In this document: positions 17,175 through 21,469 of the stretch, one piece after another | Numbering within the stretch: the stretch's first letter is position 1 | Layout of the letters: every line of letters starts with the position of its first letter | Assembly (NCBI GenBank): GCA_046542505.1 | Contig: JBKHBH010000029.1 | Location: 1 to 21,469, forward strand | Source of the DNA: Thermovirgaceae bacterium | GTDB taxonomy: Bacteria; Synergistota; Synergistia; Synergistales; Thermovirgaceae | DNA length: 21,469 nt | Reading direction: 5' to 3' | The notes under the pieces: generated by a model | What the model saw: the letters and a program-made list of their open reading frames with translations, nothing else | Database searches by the model: none | Told to the model about the DNA's origin: nothing | Translations under genes and position numbers: made by a program

Positions 17175-17202
17175 AGAATATCAAGTTTTTTGTAATTGTC
17201 AA
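17175..17202 (-). promoter_or_regulatory. Sigma70 promoter of the small ORF
   Basis: Minus strand TTGACA-N16-TATTCT with an extended TG (TGATATTCT), in an AT-rich context. Confidence 0.65.
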
Positions 17203-17286
17203 TATACATGCCACAATTCAGACAAAAGACTCAATATACTGTGTTGCATACAACATGATTTGGGAATCTTCCCTCGCTTCTGCTGT

Positions 17287-17321
17287 AAAAAGGGGCGGCC
17301 CCCAATGGGAGCCGCCCCTTT
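17287..17321 (-). terminator. Rho-independent terminator of the baeRF gene
   Basis: AAAGGGGCGGC / GCCGCCCCTTT stem ending in TTTTT on the minus strand, about 20 nt after the stop. Confidence 0.8.
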
Positions 17322-17342
17322 CGACAAGACTCCATGCAATCC

Positions 17343-18461
17343 TCAGTAGCGGAATATGGCCGCAATATCACCACCGCCGGGAACGGCGTCCGCCTCAACG
17401 GCATAGACTGTTCCTCCGGTCTGCAATGTCTGCGCGGCGGCAAGGTCGAGAAGATCCCTTCCCGTTGCTTCGTCATCCACATCCACGGTGTTGTTTTCCT
17501 GGTCGAAACGGCCGATGACCTGGCGTCCCAAGGCGACAAAAAGCGTATCTACCCGGCCGGAAACCGCAGCCGGGACGACTTCCTCCACCTGGTTCGATGC
17601 CTTGCCCGTACCCTGAAGATCGCCGAACCGTTCTCTCGCTTCCTGCTGGGCCTTGTTGAACAGGGGCTCTACAATCTCCCAGGCCTTTTTGTGGAGGTCC
17701 CGCAGGCTCGCATTCTCGGGACTGCCTTCGATGGCCTCTTCCACAAGGCCCTGATAGGTGTTCGCCTCTCTGTAAATGGAGCAGATGTAGGACACCCCTG
17801 CCAGAACAAGCGGGCTTCCGCCCTTGAGGATGTCCCTGAGGCCACCGTCGACCTTTCTGAAGAACCGGAAGATATTGTCCTTGAAATCCTCGTCGCCGGC
17901 GCCATGTGCGTGGAACTGGCCCGATGTACCGCCTCCGAACTGTCCCTGCTTTTCCAGGGGTTCGTACTGGAGGGCCTCGGAAAGGCTTTCCGGAACGCCT
18001 TCAGGCTCAAGCTCCCTGACGCTGTCTTTTGTGCAGTGAAAGAGCCGGATCTTCTTCTGGCTCAATCCCAGGATGTAGAATTCCTCGTCTCCGCTCAAAA
18101 TGGAAAGCAGCGGTTTGATGTGGAAATGTTCCGAAACCATGACCAAATCGGTCACTCTCATGGGAAGACGGAAGATCCTCGAAAAACCGGGGGCCAGAAA
18201 CGCTGCGAGCCCGGCGGACTGCTTCTCCCAGAACATGGAATCCGAAAGAAGGGCCCGTGCGGGTTCCTCGATTTCCTCTTTCTGCTGGGATTTGAGCTGC
18301 GAGTTCTCCAGCCGGCTTTCAACCTCCTTGAGAAGGGTCTTGAACCGGATCTGGCTCTTCTTCGGGTCCTGTGGCACAGGATTCTCCATGTACAGGGAGA
18401 TGCATGGTCCTTCGGCGTGCTCTGCCAACGTGAATACTTCATCCCTCGTCAGTGCCTTCAT
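17343..18461 (-). CDS. Bacterial archaeo-eukaryotic release factor-like protein (baeRF family 3/7-like)
   Basis: CISLYM..IRFKTLL, FHIKPLL, FYILGLSQKKIRLF, PLVLAGV, AAVSGRVDTLFV and the aeRF1 domain-3-like end GGTVYAV..IAAIFRY. ATG 18461 follows AAGGAGG. Confidence 0.85.
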   Translation of the reverse strand: MKALTRDEVFTLAEHAEGPCISLYMENPVPQDPKKSQIRFKTLLKEVESRLENSQLKSQQKEEIEEPARALLSDSMFWEKQSAGLAAFLAPGFSRIFRLPMRVTDLVMVSEHFHIKPLLSILSGDEEFYILGLSQKKIRLFHCTKDSVRELEPEGVPESLSEALQYEPLEKQGQFGGGTSGQFHAHGAGDEDFKDNIFRFFRKVDGGLRDILKGGSPLVLAGVSYICSIYREANTYQGLVEEAIEGSPENASLRDLHKKAWEIVEPLFNKAQQEARERFGDLQGTGKASNQVEEVVPAAVSGRVDTLFVALGRQVIGRFDQENNTVDVDDEATGRDLLDLAAAQTLQTGGTVYAVEADAVPGGGDIAAIFRY

Positions 18462-18644
18462 GGGCAACGCCTCCTTTTAAAATTACACAGGGGAGGATTT
18501 TCTCCTCCCCGTTTTCCCCTTGCTTCTTCGGTTTTTCTCTCTGCAGTGATTCCGGCCTCTCCATATAAAGACCTCCGTCTTCGCCGCATTTCGGCTGCGA
18601 AAAGCACCGCTGAAACACTTCGAGATAACACGGCGTTTTGGTAA

Positions 18645-18653
18645 ATTATATCA
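18645..18653 (-). promoter_or_regulatory. Extended -10 promoter element upstream of the baeRF gene
   Basis: Minus strand TGATATAAT with only a weak -35 (TTCGTT). It implies a leader of about 175 nt. Confidence 0.5.
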
Positions 18654-18695
18654 TCCGCTGCGGGGAAAACGAAAGGAAATACTGCTGCAGATTTT

Positions 18696-20606
18696 TCAGG
18701 AAATCCCGAAGGTAAAGCCCTTTTCCCGGAAAAGTGCGAGGCAGGCCCTGGCGGCCGCCGGATCATACAGAGTTCTGCTGTGGCTTTCGATCTCGGCCAG
18801 CGCCTTTTCGATCCCCCTGGCCGGTCGGTATGGGCGGTGGAAGGACATGGCTTCGACAACGTCGGCCACGGCGATGATCCTGGCTTCGTGAAGGATGTCA
18901 CCGTTCTTGAGCCCGTCCGGATATCCGGACCCGTCAAGGCGTTCATGATGCTGGAGGACGATCTCTGCAAGGTTCCAGGGCAGGTCGATATCCTTGAGTA
19001 TCTCGTATCCGGTCCTTGGATGGGCCCTGATGATGTCCATCTCGAGGTCACTCAACATGCCCGGCTTGCTGAGGATCTCCGTGGGGACGTTGATCTTTCC
19101 GATGTCGTGAAGCTGTGCGGCCAGATCGATGGCCTTGACCTTTTCCTCCCGGAAACCGAGTTCCCGTGCGATGGCTACGGCCAGCTCGGCGACTCGCCGC
19201 TGGTGTCCCGCCGTATAGGGGTCCCTCGACTCCGCCACCGCCGAAAGGACGGCCACAGTCTGCTCCCAGGTCTTTTCCATGCGCCTGTAGCCTTCGCGCG
19301 CGGCGTTACGGCTTGTCAAAAGGTCCCGCTCCACGTTCTTGAGTTCCGTCACGTCCCGGTAGACCGTATAAACCGCCGAGAGCTTTCTCTTGACATGCAC
19401 GGGAACGGCTGACATGATGACGTCCACGGGGGTTCCGTCTTTTCTCCGCCGGATCGTCTCGGCGAAAAGCTGCTCCCCCCTGGATCCCATGGCCTCGTAT
19501 TGCCTTCCTTCCTCCTGCAGGTCAGGCGGGACGACCAGATCGTTCAGGGTCTGTCCCACGGCTTCGCCGGCGGTGAAACCGAAAATCCTCGTGAAGCCTG
19601 CGTTGATGCGCCGTATGACGGAATTGCAGGGGTTTACCAGAACCACGGCATCGGGAATTTCCTCGAAGAGTTTCTCCAGAAAGACCTTTTCCCGGATCAG
19701 GTCCTGCTTGCTCTTCAAAAGTTCCCTCGACCGTTGCCAGACCTGCCTCCGCAGTCTGATCCCCGCAAGGGTTAGGATAAATACCAGAAGCACCAGGAAC
19801 ACTCCGCCCCAAACCAGGTACTTGAAATACGTCGGAGCGGTTTCCACCAGATTCCCACCACCCACCCATTTTACGATGGACCTGTGCAGGGCGGAATCGG
19901 GGTTGCGGCTCATCTCCGCAAGGTGAAAGTCCAGAATCTGCGTGAGGACGTGGTTTTTACCTTTGGGGACGGCAAAGCGGAGGTCAACGGGGCTGAAAAT
20001 AAAGTTCGTGCTATGGACGTCATACAGCTCGTCATGCCTCGCGGCGAAGATCCGGTTCACCACCCCGGCGTCGGCCTGTTCCGTGGACAGGGCGCGGAAA
20101 ACAGCCTCGACGCTTTTTGTCTCAAAAAAAGTGCAGTCTATTCCGAAATCGGCGGCAAGGCGCATGAACTCTCGGCCGTAGATGTCGCCACGCTCCACGG
20201 CCACCACCTGTCCCGCGAGATCGAATATGGAACTGACCTGCAGGGAAGACCTGGTGTACACCACTCCCCAGTTGGAGGCCACCGTCTGGTTTGTGAAATC
20301 GTAGCGGCGCTCCCGTTCCTCGGACCAGGCAATGGCCGCCATGACGTCGATCTCGCCCTCTTCGAGGCCCTTCAGGCCCTCGGCGAAGGTCCCTGGAACA
20401 TAGCGGATCGTCCATTCCTTTTCAGCGGCCACGGCTTCGAGGACGTCGGCGTATACGCCCCGCCAGTCCCCGTCCTCATCGGTAAAAATGAGAGGGGGGC
20501 TCTCGTAGACGCCCACAGCGACCTCCTGTTCGGCCCACAGGCACGACGGGCAGAAAAGGACCAGCATCAGCAGGAACGGGGCCAAAAAGACAGGGCGCCG
20601 GGACAA
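18696..20606 (-). CDS. Membrane-anchored HD-GYP cyclic-dinucleotide phosphodiesterase with a periplasmic PBP sensor and a PAS domain
   Basis: Signal peptide, SBP family 3-like domain (VGVYESPP, EERERRYDFT), TM helix, PAS (INAGFTRIFG, RRKDGT, RDVTE) and HD-GYP (RDPYTAGHQ, HDIGK, HHERLDGSGYP, RPYR). Confidence 0.93.
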   Translation of the reverse strand: MSRRPVFLAPFLLMLVLFCPSCLWAEQEVAVGVYESPPLIFTDEDGDWRGVYADVLEAVAAEKEWTIRYVPGTFAEGLKGLEEGEIDVMAAIAWSEERERRYDFTNQTVASNWGVVYTRSSLQVSSIFDLAGQVVAVERGDIYGREFMRLAADFGIDCTFFETKSVEAVFRALSTEQADAGVVNRIFAARHDELYDVHSTNFIFSPVDLRFAVPKGKNHVLTQILDFHLAEMSRNPDSALHRSIVKWVGGGNLVETAPTYFKYLVWGGVFLVLLVFILTLAGIRLRRQVWQRSRELLKSKQDLIREKVFLEKLFEEIPDAVVLVNPCNSVIRRINAGFTRIFGFTAGEAVGQTLNDLVVPPDLQEEGRQYEAMGSRGEQLFAETIRRRKDGTPVDVIMSAVPVHVKRKLSAVYTVYRDVTELKNVERDLLTSRNAAREGYRRMEKTWEQTVAVLSAVAESRDPYTAGHQRRVAELAVAIARELGFREEKVKAIDLAAQLHDIGKINVPTEILSKPGMLSDLEMDIIRAHPRTGYEILKDIDLPWNLAEIVLQHHERLDGSGYPDGLKNGDILHEARIIAVADVVEAMSFHRPYRPARGIEKALAEIESHSRTLYDPAAARACLALFREKGFTFGIS

Positions 20607-20701
20607 GGAACCACTTCCTCACGCAGTCCGTCTACGGACAGGATCCCGATTGACAGCGACTCGCACCGGTTACTCAATAAAAACGCAGACTATGTTGCTT
20701 A

Positions 20702-20730
20702 TTGTACAATGTTACGTGTCAACATATAAA
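20702..20730 (+). promoter_or_regulatory. Possible sigma70 promoter of the PP2C gene
   Basis: TTGTAC-N17-TATAAA in the AT-rich divergent intergenic region. Confidence 0.4.
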
Positions 20731-20798
20731 GCTGCATCTTGTCACGATCCGGTTTTTCGGCCGATGGAGCACCGTCTTTCGCCAGAGGGAGGGATTCC

Positions 20799-21469
20799 AT
20801 GAACTGGGTCTGCGTGGGTGACCAGAATCAGGGAAACAGGCATCGCCAGGAGGACCGCTGGGACATTTTCCGCCAAAGAAACCGTCTTCTCGCTGTCGTG
20901 GCCGACGGCATGGGAGGCATGCCGCTGGGCGACGCGGCCGCTGAAGAAGCGGTCGAAACCTCCGGGGCAACCTTTCGCGAAAAGAAACTTCACATGGAAG
21001 ATCCCGCAAAAGTCCTGATTGCCGCGGTGACCAAGGCCGACCGGGCCGTTTGGGAAATGGCCGCACGGGAAGGGCTCGCCGGTTCCGTGGGAACGACCCT
21101 GGTTGCGGTTCTCGCGGAGGGTCGATGGGCCTGGTGGGTCTCCGTGGGAGACAGCCGGGTATACCTTTTCAGAAAAGGGGTTCTGAGACAGCTCAGCCGC
21201 GACCATACCGTGGGAGAGGAACTCCGTGAAGCCAGACGCGGGGGAGCCTCCCCCGAAAGAGATCCTCTCTTTTGGTCCTCCCCGGAGGCCATAACGAGCT
21301 TTATCGGAATCGGAGGACTCGAGAAGGTCTCGCAGCCGGAAAGCCCCCTTCACGCCGAAAAAGGGGACCGCCTCCTTCTCGCCAGCGACGGCCTGTTCAA
21401 CACCCTTTCAAGCGAAAAAATTCTCGCCTGCCTCGAAGGTTCCCCGGAAAATCCTGCCCGCGCCCTGGT
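20799..21469 (+). CDS. PP2C/PPM-family Ser/Thr protein phosphatase (3' end outside the window; not in the ORF track)
   Basis: My own translation from ATG 20799 (GGAGG SD): MNWVCVGDQNQGNRHRQED..VVADGMGG..GTTLV..VSVGDSRVY..LSRDHT..LLASDGLFN. Confidence 0.92.
   Translation, partial: MNWVCVGDQNQGNRHRQEDRWDIFRQRNRLLAVVADGMGGMPLGDAAAEEAVETSGATFREKKLHMEDPAKVLIAAVTKADRAVWEMAAREGLAGSVGTTLVAVLAEGRWAWWVSVGDSRVYLFRKGVLRQLSRDHTVGEELREARRGGASPERDPLFWSSPEAITSFIGIGGLEKVSQPESPLHAEKGDRLLLASDGLFNTLSSEKILACLEGSPENPARAL

Noticed and set aside
17334..18644. 436-aa plus-strand ORF
   Set aside because: Antisense shadow of the baeRF gene with no recognisable motifs.
20742..21353. 203-aa minus-strand ORF from the track
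   Set aside because: It lies opposite the PP2C gene, which carries all the family motifs and was missed only because its stop codon is outside the window.

Overview
Bacterial chromosomal DNA, probably from a strict anaerobe (the gene content suggests Synergistota or Clostridia; this is an inference). GC-rich flanks enclose a visibly lower-GC block (~990-11580) that lies between the convergent 3' ends of ilvB and an MFS gene. The block holds one minus-strand operon: a ferredoxin-domain protein and a conserved Cys/His protein (both of unknown function to me), a 4x[4Fe-4S] subunit, a MoaD-like protein, an AOR-family tungsten aldehyde oxidoreductase, a beta-hydroxyacid dehydrogenase, TRAP DctPQM and a Zn-dependent dehydrogenase. 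A FadR-type regulator and a decayed M42 peptidase fragment follow it, and a promoter with a FadR-type operator sits at its head. This operon is the best candidate for an undescribed catabolic system. The right half encodes an MFS permease, a membrane polyferredoxin with CsoR/CstR-like operators, a secreted protein, the YgiQ radical SAM protein, Tag glycosylase, a 41-aa small gene absent from the ORF track (with its own promoter, RBS and terminator), a baeRF (Balon-like) protein with a structured leader, a PBP-PAS-HD-GYP phosphodiesterase and a PP2C phosphatase cut off by the window end. I saw no CRISPR array, tRNA, rRNA, integrase or transposase.
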